This document shows positions 8,938 to 19,725 of a stretch of DNA of 20,000 bases, in pieces. Every line of letters starts with the position of its first letter. Within the stretch, counting starts at the first letter, position 1. Origin of the DNA: Toensbergia leucococca (lineage: Eukaryota). Made by a program: the position numbers and the translations under genes. The notes beneath the pieces were generated by a model. It had not been told where the DNA came from, made no database searches, and saw only the letters and a program-made list of their open reading frames with translations. The stretch is taken from assembly GCA_022813965.1 (NCBI GenBank), contig JALDZS010000116.1, forward strand, positions 54,937 to 74,936, in the 5' to 3' direction.

Positions 8938-11550
8938 TCATATTATTGAACGCAGTCCAGCAATCTCTGAGCTCACAGCATCCTTGCTCTTCAAACTCAT
9001 CACACTTCCTTTCTGTGCAATATCAATTAAATGCATCAAGTTCTTTGGATCTTCCTTGGCGAGACCTGCTATCAAGATTCCCAGGAATGTATCCCCAACG
9101 CCATTGACGCTGACAATCTGAGATCCGGGTACAGCCTCCGCGGAAGGGAACAGACGCATATAGACACCTCCGACGATTTCACTGCCGCTGTGCGAACGAC
9201 TGAGGATGTATCGTGAAGATTTAGGAGAAGTTAGCCGGTCATCACCCGGTCGGAGCAATTGAGTCAGGAGGACGCCTTGAGCGCCTAATTTGGTCAGAAG
9301 GCAGGGGATGAATGGTAAAAGCTGGATGCTCTGCTGAGGTACCCCCTGATCGACCAGTGTAGAATTTGTGATAGACACAAGTTTGTCTCGAGATCCTGAG
9401 CTAGACATGCCCATTGCGTTGATTACTTGCCACCAGTCTTGTCGGTCAAGCAAACCAGCTGTTTTCGCACCAGAGTACATCGACAATAATTCAATCTCGT
9501 TAGGGGCGGCCAGATCAATAAGATGGTTTGGTATGGTGGCTAAGTCTGCTTCGTACCCAAATGGTGGTGCAAAAATTCTTGTCGATTTTGCAGCAGAGAC
9601 CGGTTCAAATGCCACCTTTGCCCCTAGAGATTTTCCTGTTGTGATCCACTTCTTTAGCGTAACGGGGTTCCAATTGGCGTCGACTACCAGCCACTTTGGT
9701 TTGCAAGAATCGAGATGGGACTTCCATACTGTATCGAAGTCGATGTTTTCATGTTCTAGAATACTCATGTCTGCCATTGCTAACACAAGCTCCTTCTCTG
9801 TGTCATTCACGGCTACATATTGCGCCGTACGTGTACCTTGTCCAACCGTGGTAATACCACAGGTCTGCAGACCGCGCTTTACGAGCATCTCAAGGGCGGT
9901 AGATCCCGCTACGTCGTGTGCGATAGCACTACAAAGACGTACCGGACAGCCTAGATAATGCATTGCAGTAGCTAGATTCTGGCCAACACCGCCAAGACTC
10001 TGTGTGATTGTTGCTGGGTTGGAGGTGTGAGCTTGTGGAGTTCCAGTGGTGGTGGAATCACTCCAAGGAGTAAAATCACAGGAAAGATCAATGGCTAGAG
10101 AGCCGGCGACAATAACATTGGGACAATCGTTAGCTGGTGAATCACTTGTCACAGAAGAGGGCACAGCTTCAGGTGATGTATTAATGAATGGTTGCGACAC
10201 AAAGGAAGGTTTCTTGGAAGGTTTGTTTGTAGTAAAATGCCTGACCATATTCTATCAGCTAGACGACCTTGGATACGAATCGGTGATAGTCTCACCGATC
10301 GGTTCTATCTTCACGACTGATTTCTATCCTCGCGAGCTCAACAGCTACTTTTGTACCACGTATCACATTGGCCTCGACCAGTGCTTTATTCGCAGGCAAG
10401 CTGCGTCCTTCCGTAAGCTTACGAATGCTCCCCAGAACAAACGGAGTAATATCGCTTCCAGATGCCCTGGCTCTGCCTGCATCATGTATAGCTTGAACAA
10501 TTATATTGTCCATCTCTGCTTTGTCAATTGAATCTTCAGCCGCTATCGCATTTGCAAAAAGCATTCCAGACGAAAGTTGTAAGGCCGATTGTGCATCTGC
10601 AAGGAATTTAGAGGTATCAAGAATATGGTCAAAGTTCGAGGGACGTCGGACTGAAATCTCACTTACATATGATTGCTGCGGCTTCCTTCTCGTCCTTGAT
10701 TATAAGCGGGCTTAAGATACCGCTGTCTCTGGTCCAGAACGCTGGAAAATCTATCTTACTCTCTCGGCCATCCGCAAAAGTACAGACACCCACCCCTTGT
10801 GTCTCTAGGTATTCTAGCGTTCGAGGGATGTCAAGAAAGCTCTTACACCCGCTACTTATGACAGCGACAGGAGTACGTCCAAGTTCTGTAAGATCCGCAC
10901 TGATGTCCATCGAGTTCTCCCCTCCTCGATGAACGCCGCCGAGACCACCCGTTGCAAAGACTTTGATACCAGCGAGATGCGCCAGGAACATCGTACCAGC
11001 AACAGTGGTGCCGCCATTCAACTTGCGCCCTGCAATACCCTAGAAACAGTGAGTCTCGCTTACAGCGGTATTTCGACTACAAGAGCATTACCAATCCGCA
11101 GATGTATCCTAGGTCTCTTCTCGAAAGCTTCTTGGTCTCCGGCTTACCTGCAGAAGATATGAGCTCGATGAGTTCTTCAGGCTCGAAGCCCACACGAGCA
11201 ACGCCATGGAGAACGCCAATAGTGGCTGGAACGGCGCCATGGACACGGACTAGAGATTCCAAATGTGAAGCCATTGCAACATTTTCTGGGTATGGTAGAC
11301 CTGGTCAGTCTTTAGAGACGGAGCTAGATTTGTCAAGACATTAATGATCACCATGAGTGTAAATGGTGGTTTCCAGAGCCACTACGGGTTTTCTGGACTG
11401 AATAGCATCTTGGATCTCTTCTGAAATCGCGAAGACAGAGCTAGATTTGGTTGATAGAGCTCGAAGGCTTTTTGAGAAATTTGTGAACTTTTTGCTAGAG
11501 CTTCGACCATAGCATCGAAGGGGTGCACGTAGGCCATACATATAATGCAT
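8938..11550 (-). CDS. Bifunctional pseudouridine-5'-phosphate glycosidase (PsuG/IndA) and PfkB-family pseudouridine kinase, exons 11550-11352, 11300-11092, 11039-10667, 10596-10296, 10240-8938
   Basis: PsuG motifs [75 protein letters not shown] and SL.AN.ALV. PfkB motifs [30 protein letters not shown] and [10 protein letters not shown]. Four phase-consistent introns. Confidence 0.93.
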
Positions 11551-11828
11551 CTTCAACCAGATCTTAGTGCTGTAGAGTACATGTGCAAAGATGAGAGGAG
11601 AATGATAACAGTTGTTACCGGAAGATGTGTGCTTCCGCGCTATAATAGTGACGGGTGGTCCCGATTGAAGCTTCAGCTTGCAATTTACAAAAGGCCACCT
11701 TCAACCCCCAAAAGCTCATCAATTTCAATTAACGATGCCCGTAATGGAGTAAAAGCCTTGAAACATCTGCTATCCTTGTCTCCGAGGATCAACGCTCTCG
11801 GCGGTCTATCCTACGTATACCTTTCACC
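11551..11828. promoter_or_regulatory. Short divergent (likely bidirectional) promoter region
   Basis: Only 278 bp separate the head-to-head start codons of the PsuG-PsuK gene (11550, -) and OST1 (11829, +). Confidence 0.6.
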
Positions 11829-13447
11829 ATGAGATCCTTCGCGCTTCTTGCAGCGTGTCTGTCCCTATTCTCCACTACTCTCGCTGCCGATTCCAATCTC
11901 ACTACACCATTATCATCGCATCAGATTTTGCCAAGCACCTTCAGACCCCCACAAGTTTTCAAGAACATCAACTTGCTACGGAACATCAATCTTGAGAAGG
12001 GCTATGTAAGGGAAACGGTCAATGTGGTAATAGAAAATATAGACGCGAAACCACAAGAAGAATACTATATACCCATCAAAGCTGAAGTGCTTTCAAAACT
12101 AGGAGGATTGGAAGTGAGAGATAAAAAGGATCCTGACAAGGCTGCTTTCCATAGCGAAGTTGTTGACTATGATCCCTACAGGTAAGCAGAGTCTCGTACG
12201 CACACACTTTTCATCTAATTGCTGATGATCCTATGGATACAGCCAGACACAATTCTATCGTGTCACACTCCCTTCTCCTCTAGCATTCTCATCTCAACAA
12301 ACATTGTCAATATCATACCATGTCCTCGCCTCCCTGAAGCCCCTTCCAACCACGATAAATCAGCAAGACAAGCAGTATCTTCTTTACACTTTCTCGACTA
12401 CTTGCCCATCCGTCTACCTCACTCAAAAACAGAAGACAAAGGTCAAATTTCCTTCGTCCGACGTACCAAATTTTACTTCCGATCCCGAACGCCAAGGCTC
12501 GACCTTTACCTACGGTCCCTACGATGATATCCCAGCCGGCGCAGAGCAAGAAGCTAGTGTGCGATATGAGTTCACCAAGCCCGTCATACATGTTACACTG
12601 CTTGAAAGAGATATTGAGATCAGTCAATGGGGCGGGAATCTAGCAACCGAAGAACGATATTGGCTTACGAATATCGGGGCGAGCTTGGCGAATCACTTCT
12701 CGAGAGTAGCATGGGCATCTTCACAATACTACAATCCGCCCACCAGTGCACTAAAGTCTCTTAATGTACCGTTGAAGGTGGGATCTCTTAATCCGTATTT
12801 TACCGACGATATCGGCAACGTGTCAACGAGTCGATTCAGAAGCAGCCTGCGTGAAGCAAATCTAGAGCTGAAGCCTCGGTATCCTGTATTTGGAGGCTGG
12901 AAGTACAGTTTCCGAATTGGATGGGATGCCAATTTGAAGGGGTTCTTAAGGAGTTTGAAGGCCGGCAACGGATACGTCCTTAAAGTGCCGTTCCTCGAAG
13001 GGCCCAAAATGGGCGAAGGCGTGTCATATGAAAGAGTTGAGCTCAGAGTGATTTTACCCGAAGGCGCTAAGTATGACCCCTTGATCGAGTCTCGGTTTCT
13101 TGTGCTGCTGCTGACGAATATCAGAAATGTCAAATTCGAGACGGCAGTACCATTGGTAGCTGCAGCGGTTACCTCTCACCAGACCTTTATGGACACCCTT
13201 GGACGCACTTCGCTGAAGCTGACTGCTATCAATGTAATTGATGAATCAAGAGATGAGGAACTCATTGTACGTAAAACAACTCGCTTTCCTCTGCTTCACC
13301 TGACTTGAGCAATTGCAGGTGACCTACGATTATCCTTTCAGTGCAGCCTTCCGGAAACCAATCACTATTTTTATTGGTGTAATCAGTGTCTTTGTAGCAG
13401 CTTGGGGTATTAGTAAGCTAGATGTACGCATCGGAAAACACTCGTGA
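11829..13447 (+). CDS. OST1: Oligosaccharyltransferase subunit ribophorin I, exons 11829-12181, 12243-13070, 13125-13266, 13319-13447
   Basis: Signal peptide MRSFALLAACLSLFSTTLA. Ribophorin I motifs LERDIEISQWGGNLA.EE.Y.L.N, YFTD.IGNVSTSRFR, PRYPVFGGWKY.F.IGW, VILPEGA and TFMDTLGR. C-terminal TM helix (RKPITIFIGVISVFVAAWGI), stop at 13445-13447. Confidence 0.95.
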
Positions 13448-13692
13448 AAATCCAGCTTTTTATTGGGATCTTGAATTTATGTACCATATACATTGTATAC
13501 ATGCATGTCCAATGGCATTCTAGAGGTCCGTAACTTCATATCTCCTGGCTTTGTGTAGTGCTGTGATTTGAATCATAGGCAAGTAAGTATGCGCAGACTC
13601 CGAGATTGAATTACAAGAAGTAAGGTGAGGTCAATGATATGCCCTGCCGACATAATTATCCTCCTCCCGCATGCTTGACAGAATATGGAAGT

Positions 13693-13733
13693 CTAGGGCT
13701 TAACCCTAGCCGAGTCTGTGTCTAATCGATAAG
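13693..13733. promoter_or_regulatory. Inverted TAGGG/CCCTA (Tbf1/telobox-like) element plus CGATAAG upstream of RQC2
   Basis: CTAGGGCTTAACCCTAG at 13693-13709 and CGATAAG at 13727-13733, 86-126 bp upstream of ATG 13819. Confidence 0.45.
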
Positions 13734-13818
13734 CTGCAACTACACGTCATTCCCACCGCGTACCTGAGGATCTGCTCCGGTGACATTTAACCCAGACGTA
13801 GAAGGGAGTCAAGAAGTC

Positions 13819-16800
13819 ATGAAGCAAAGATTCTCGTCCTTAGATGTCAAGGCGAGTGCTGACCTACGCAGACCATGGATTCTGCTGAACAGATTCCCAG
13901 GTTATTGCCCATGAGCTATCTTCAAGCCTCTGTTCTCTCCGCCTCTCAAATGTCTATGATCTTTCCTCCGTACGTACCCTTTCGAATCGAGCCTCGTATG
14001 TCAACACCCAAGGCTGATCTATAACGCAGCGAATTTTTCTCCTTAAATTCGCCAAGCCAAACCACAAAGAGCAGATAGTCATTGATTCAGGTTTCAGATG
14101 CCATCTGACTAGCTTTGCAAGAGAAACCGCTGCGGTACCTTCAGTTTTTGTCGCACGCCTCCGAAAGTTTCTAAAAACGAGGAGAGTGACATCAGTATCT
14201 CAAGTTGGGACTGATCGGATCATCGAATTCCAGTTCAGCGATGGCCAGTATCGATTGTTCCTGGAGTTCTACGCTGGGGGCAACATCGTACTTACAGACA
14301 AAGAACTGGGTATTCTTGCCCTTTTTCGAATCGTTAGTGAGGGAGCCGATCAGGAGGAGCTACGTGTTGGGCTGAAGTACTCACTGGACAATCGACAGAA
14401 TTACAACGGGACCCCGCTTTTGACCAAAGAGAGGGTCAGAGATGGACTGCAAACAGCCAATGACAGAGCTCAAGGGGATTCTACGGTTCCTACGAAGAAG
14501 TCGAAGAAGAAGTCTGGAGGTGCTTTGCGAAAAGCAATGGCGACATCCCTCAATGAGTTTCCACCAATATTAATTGATCATGCTCTACAGATAAAGGGGC
14601 TCGATCCAAACACTTCAGTTGAAGAGGTGCTGAAAGATGACTCAACGCTTGAGAGGCTTATGGAAGCGTTAGGAGAGGCGCAAAAAGTGATTAGTGATAT
14701 TACCAACTCGAGCATATCGAAGGGTTACATCATTGCTAAACCAATCAAGTCGAAATCTGTGGGGGCTGATGACCATACCTTGCCTCAGGTTCTTGATGAA
14801 ATAGACGGTCCGAAGAGCGTTATATATGATGACTTTAACCCATTTAGACCCCGACAATTCGAGGGAAATGCAGACCTCCAGATTCTAGAATTCAAAGGAT
14901 TCAACAAGACCGTCGACGAGTTCTTCTCCTCTATCGAGGCGCAGAAGCTAGAATCTAGACTTACAGAACGTGAAGAGAACGCGAAGAGAAAATTGGAAAC
15001 CGCAAGGAAGGATCATGAGAAACGGCTAGGCGGGTTGCAGCAAGTTCAGGAACTCAACGTTCGCAGAGCACAAGCTATAGAGGTGAATCTGCAAAGAGTA
15101 CAGGAAGCCATTGCCGCAGTCAACGGACTCATCGCCCAAGGAATGGACTGGGTGGAAGTTGCACGCCTCATAGAGATGGAACAGGCCCGGCAAAACCCTG
15201 TTGCAGAAATGGTTAAGCTACCTCTTAAACTTTACGAAAACACTGTTACTCTACTCCTTGCGGAGGCAGAGTACAATGGAGAAGAGGAGGATTATGATGG
15301 GGATGAAACTGGTAGCGATGTATCTAACAGTGAAAATGAGAGAGTTCAAAGCACACCAGTCAAGGCGGCCAAGCCAGCTGATAAACGACTTGCTGTAGAT
15401 GTTGACCTCTCGCTCTCGCCTTGGTCAAACGCACGGCAGTACTATGATCAAAAGAAGACAGCAGCTGTGAAGGAACAGAAGACTTTACAGTCATCTTCAA
15501 AGGCACTGAAGAACACTGAAAAGAAGATCAACGCCGATCTGAAGAAGGGTCTAAAACAGGAGAAGCAGGTTCTAAGGCCTGTACGCCAGCAGCTTTGGTT
15601 TGAGAAATTCCTCTTCTTCATTTCCTCGGATGGCTATCTGGTTTTGGGCGGTAAGGATTCGCAGCAAAACGAGATATTGTATAAGAGGCATCTCAAAAGA
15701 GGAGATGCTTACATCCATGCAGATTTGCAGGGAGCTGCCGCTGTCTTCATTAAGAATAAACCAGGCCTATCAGATTCCCCAATTCCTCCCTCAACTCTTT
15801 CTCAAGCTGGTACTTTGGCCGTAGCGACTTCTATTGCCTGGGATTCAAAGGCAGTGATGTCAGCTTGGTGGGTCAATTCGGAACAGGTCTCTAAAACTAC
15901 TCCTACTGGAGAGTACTTGACTACAGGCAACTTCGCAATTCGTGGGAAGAAGAACTTCCTTCCCCCTGCCCATTTACTGCTTGGCTTCGGGGTAATGTTT
16001 CAAATCAGTGAAGAAAGCAAGGCACGACATCTAAAGCATCGTCTCCAAGACGAGACTAACCCGAAGAACAGTGATGTGAAAGAATTTGCAGTCGGAGACC
16101 CGACCGAAAAAGCAGAAGAAGAAGAAAATCGGACGGACGACGGACTTCATCAAACCGATGAGGATCAGGCTTCTGATGAAGATCAGCAAGAGAGTGATGC
16201 CCAAGAGACGGAATCGGAATCACAATCAGATATGGACTCTGACCATGACCACGACCACGAACCTGACTCCGAACATGCGAATCCCCTTCAGACAAATGGC
16301 CCACACTCATCAAACGCGCCTCCTACGAAGCCAACAGAACCAGCCACCGAATCAATCAACAATGATGCTTCTAGCGAGAGCGAGAGCACTAGTAGCTCGG
16401 TCTCGGAGCCTTCGCAGCAGCCCATCACCGAAGGCAATCCATCCCCAACGACCACCAACGGACCCACCCCAAACGTCCGCCACATCTCGGCCAAAGAGCG
16501 GCGCCTCCTTCGCAAAGGTCTAACCTCTACCAACAACCCACCACCCTCTAATCAAGCCTCCGCTACCCCCACTCCACCCATCCCACTCCAGTCCTCAAAC
16601 ACCCTTTCAACCACAACCCCAGGATCCCAACCCCCTCGCCCCCGCGGCAAACACGGCAAAACCGCCAAGCTAAAAACCAAATATGCCAACCAAGACGACA
16701 CCGACCGCGCCCTCGCCCTCCGCCTCCTCGGCTCCGCTGCTTTCCAGCAAAAAGCCGTCGACGACGCCGCCGCAAAAGAAGCAAAGGAGGCAGCTGCCGC

Positions 16801-17353
16801 GGCGCAGAAACAGCGACGGCGAGAACAGCACGAGCGAGCTGTTGAGAAGGGGAGAGAGGAAGAGGAGGCACGGAGATTAAGGATGGAGGACGGTGGTGCC
16901 GGGGAGGAAGGGGAGGACGAGGCGGAGGACTTGGAGGTTGTGGAGAGGTTCGTTGGGATGCCTTTGCCTGGAGATGAGGTTTTGGAGGCCGTGGCTGTTT
17001 GTGGGCCTTGGGAGGCTGTGGGGGGCCGGTGCCGGTGGAGGGCGAAGTTGCAGCCCGGGGCGCTGAAGAAGGGGAAGGCTGTTAGGGAGATTTTGGGGAG
17101 GTGGGGGGTGCTTGTTTTGGAGGGGGAGAAGAGGAGAGGGGGGGATGGTGGGATGGGGGAGGCGGAGGAGGTTTTGCGGAGGAGAGAGGGGGAGTTGGTG
17201 AGGGGGTTGCGGGAGCAGGAGGTTGGGGGTGTGGTGCCGGTTGGGCGGTGTAGGGTTGTTATGGGGGGTGGGGAGGGGGGCAAGGGGAAGGGTGGTGGTG
17301 GGGGAGCTGTAGGGAAGGGAAAGAGAGGTGGAAGGGGGAGTAAGAAGAGGTAG
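13819..17353 (+). CDS. RQC2: Ribosome quality control complex subunit 2 (Tae2/NEMF; NFACT-N, coiled coil, NFACT-R, NFACT-C), exons 13819-13851, 13901-13969, 14030-17353
   Basis: Spliced N-terminus MKQRFSSLDVK|VIAHEL...LRLSNVYDLSS|RIFLLKFAKP...DSGFRCHLT...RLRKFLKTRR. Also GTDRII, LEFYAGGNI.LTD, WFEKF.FFISSDGYLVLGGKD.QQNE, Y.HADL.GA, QVSKT.PTGEYL..G.F.IRGKKNFLPP, KY.NQD..DR and KLQPG..KKGKAV. Confidence 0.95.
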
Positions 17354-17772
17354 GGTGCTGGGTGTTTGACTTGTGGTATATAATCTCATTGTATTTCTCT
17401 CATCGAGAAAGTTTGATTCGATTCAGGGGGTCCGTGGTTTGTAAAGTAGGATTTGCAGGGGAGGATGGGACGGGCAGATGAGAAAAGAACAGAAACGAGG
17501 GAAATGGGTGGTGATGAGGCTGGGAGTGGATGTTATGGTATGAGATTGATTCCTTGGACGTCAGCCTCAAGCATTGAGTGTGGGGTTAAGAACGACTTGT
17601 CCAGAGGAGCTGGGAGGTGTGTATTATTTTTTAGTGACTTTGAAAAAGTGTGTTACATGTATCAAAAAGGAGGCATATACCGAAATTACAAAACTCCCGA
17701 CCCATCAGTCCTGAACACAAAGTAATTAAGTAGCATGTAAGTCTCTACAATACATTCAACACCAACAATGAA

Positions 17773-19167
17773 TCAAACCTCCACCTCGGCCGCTTTGCGC
17801 AACCGATTCATCACCGCAGCCGCAACGCCGCCTTCGCCATCGTCGTCAATGCCCTCGACAAAAATCACGTCCACAACTGCTTGATCTAGTTGGCGTAGGG
17901 CCGCAAAGAGCCCTCGGGCTATATCTGCTGTGTCGCTGCCGAGGCCGATGTCCCAGATGCTGATGGCGGAGGTTGAGTCTAGCGGTGAGGTGGGAGGAAG
18001 TTGGATTTGGTAGCGGCGTGCTTCGGGGACGAGGAAAGGTGTTAGTGTTTCTGGTAGTAAGATGTCTTCGGAGTCTCTTTCCGTGCCTGTGCCGTTTGCG
18101 TTGATTGGGAATTCTTTCGTGACATGGTAGCCCAGTGCGCTCGCGAGTGCTTTGTACTTCCAGATTTTGGTCCTGATGACCCCGATTCTTGCCCCCTCTG
18201 CAAGCATCGCGTGGCTTATTAAAGCCGCAGCTTTCAACTCGCCCATCACTAGCACGACCTTCGCCCGCGGCGAATAGTGCTTGTATTTCATGCCCGGCGC
18301 TCTGGGCGCTGCGCCTCCCTCTGCTCCATCTTTATAACCCACCACCACACCCTCCCACCCCTCACACTGCTTTATGTCCTCGATGGAAATCCCACCAGGC
18401 CTCAGTATCGCAGGCGGATCGACCAGGCCGTCGACGACGGTACTTTCGAGGCCTACGGTGCAAGGGCCGCCGTCGAGGATGAGGTCGATGCAGCCAGAGA
18501 GATCGTGCGCAACGTGGGCAGCTGTTGTGGGGGAGGGTTTTGTAGAGGCGTTGGCAGAGGGAGCGGCGATTGGGGTGTTGGAGAGGTGGATTAGGGCTAG
18601 GGCGAGGAGAGAGGAGGGCATGCGGGCAGCAAAAGTGGAGAGGGAGGCTGTGACTTCGGGGGCCAGGTGGGAGGGAGTGGGGTTTGGAAGGAGGATTGAT
18701 ATGGGGCCGGGCCAGAAGCGGGAGATTAGGGAGTGATAGATTGGGGGGATGGGGTCGGGTGAGGTGTTTGGGTCGTATGGTTGGGAGGGTGGGAGGAGGA
18801 GGTTTCGTAGTTGATTTAGGGAGCTGATGTGTACAATTAGAGGGTTGTCGGATGGGCGTTGTTTGGCGGCGAAGATACCACGGACGGCGGAGCTGCGGGT
18901 TGCGTCCGCGGCGAGACCGTAGACGGTTTCGGTGGGGAAGGCGATTGGGATAGAGGTGTGGCGGAGGAGGTTGGCTGCTGCAAGGATTGTAGTGGCGTCC
19001 GTGCTGATAGTGGAGAGCTCGATGTGCCAATCCAAGAGGAAGGAGTGGGCTGGGTCTGAGAAGATGAACTGGCCGATTTTGGAGGCGTGGATGGGGAGGA
19101 TCTGGGTGGTGGGATGGTTGATGGGCGGGTCGGTGAGTCGTGGCGCGGATTCACGGGAATGATCCAT
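17773..19167 (-). CDS. SUA5: Threonylcarbamoyl-AMP synthase (Sua5/YwlC, t6A biosynthesis), single exon, 464 aa
   Basis: AFPTETVYGL.ADA, IFAAKQRPSDNPLIVH, FWPGP, AAPSAN.S.KPSPT.A.HV, DGGPC.VGLESTVVD, ILRPGG, linker APGMKYKHYSP, and C-terminal Sua5 domain ARGLF.ALR.LD...AVMNRLRKAA. Confidence 0.96.
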   Translation of the reverse strand: MDHSRESAPRLTDPPINHPTTQILPIHASKIGQFIFSDPAHSFLLDWHIELSTISTDATTILAAANLLRHTSIPIAFPTETVYGLAADATRSSAVRGIFAAKQRPSDNPLIVHISSLNQLRNLLLPPSQPYDPNTSPDPIPPIYHSLISRFWPGPISILLPNPTPSHLAPEVTASLSTFAARMPSSLLALALIHLSNTPIAAPSANASTKPSPTTAAHVAHDLSGCIDLILDGGPCTVGLESTVVDGLVDPPAILRPGGISIEDIKQCEGWEGVVVGYKDGAEGGAAPRAPGMKYKHYSPRAKVVLVMGELKAAALISHAMLAEGARIGVIRTKIWKYKALASALGYHVTKEFPINANGTGTERDSEDILLPETLTPFLVPEARRYQIQLPPTSPLDSTSAISIWDIGLGSDTADIARGLFAALRQLDQAVVDVIFVEGIDDDGEGGVAAAVMNRLRKAAEVEV

Positions 19168-19725
19168 CTTCGCTGGGTGGTTTGGAGTTTTGGATTAATG
19201 AAGACGGCGGCTTGGAGATGGTGGGCTTGTAAATTGTAGCTCTAAGCTCGAAGCTGGCTCGGGATTGTTATGGGCTGGAGATAATTGTCAAAGGGCCCGG
19301 ATCAAATACGTCAATCCTTCGACTCGGCCGACTGGTCTGAGTGGTCACTTGAAGCTCCTGGCGTACTGACATCTGGTCGTTTATAGAGTAACTGTCAAAG
19401 TTGAGTAGTGAGGCAAGCATCGGCTTCGACGTGGTTCGGTTAGGAATGAGTCAAATGTAATTTCCTCTCGCTTAAATTAGGGCTTTTAACTTGGGGGAAT
19501 TTCATGTTCCCGTGGTCAATATCACGATTTGATATCCTACGGTCGCTGGGACAGTTAATGAATTCATCATCATCATCACGATTTGATATGTCTGGTTGTC
19601 TGCCTCTCAGCCATCCCTGTAATATAAACATGCTCCAGATTCGAGTATTGTCACGAAGCTTTCGACCGCTTGAGGGAGTCAGATGATCTATCACATGAGG
19701 AAGCCTCGGCATCAATCCACTACTA

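Noticed and set aside
4948..11550. Idea that the methyltransferase, SnoaL-like and IndA/IdgA-like genes form a secondary-metabolite (indigoidine) cluster
   Set aside because: There is no NRPS/PKS, transporter or cluster regulator. The IndA domain is established as pseudouridine-5'-phosphate glycosidase, and the flanking genes are housekeeping.
16877..19030. Pro/His-rich alternative-frame ORFs (16877-17389, 18362-19030)
   Set aside because: Explained by the extreme G/C skew depleting stop codons.
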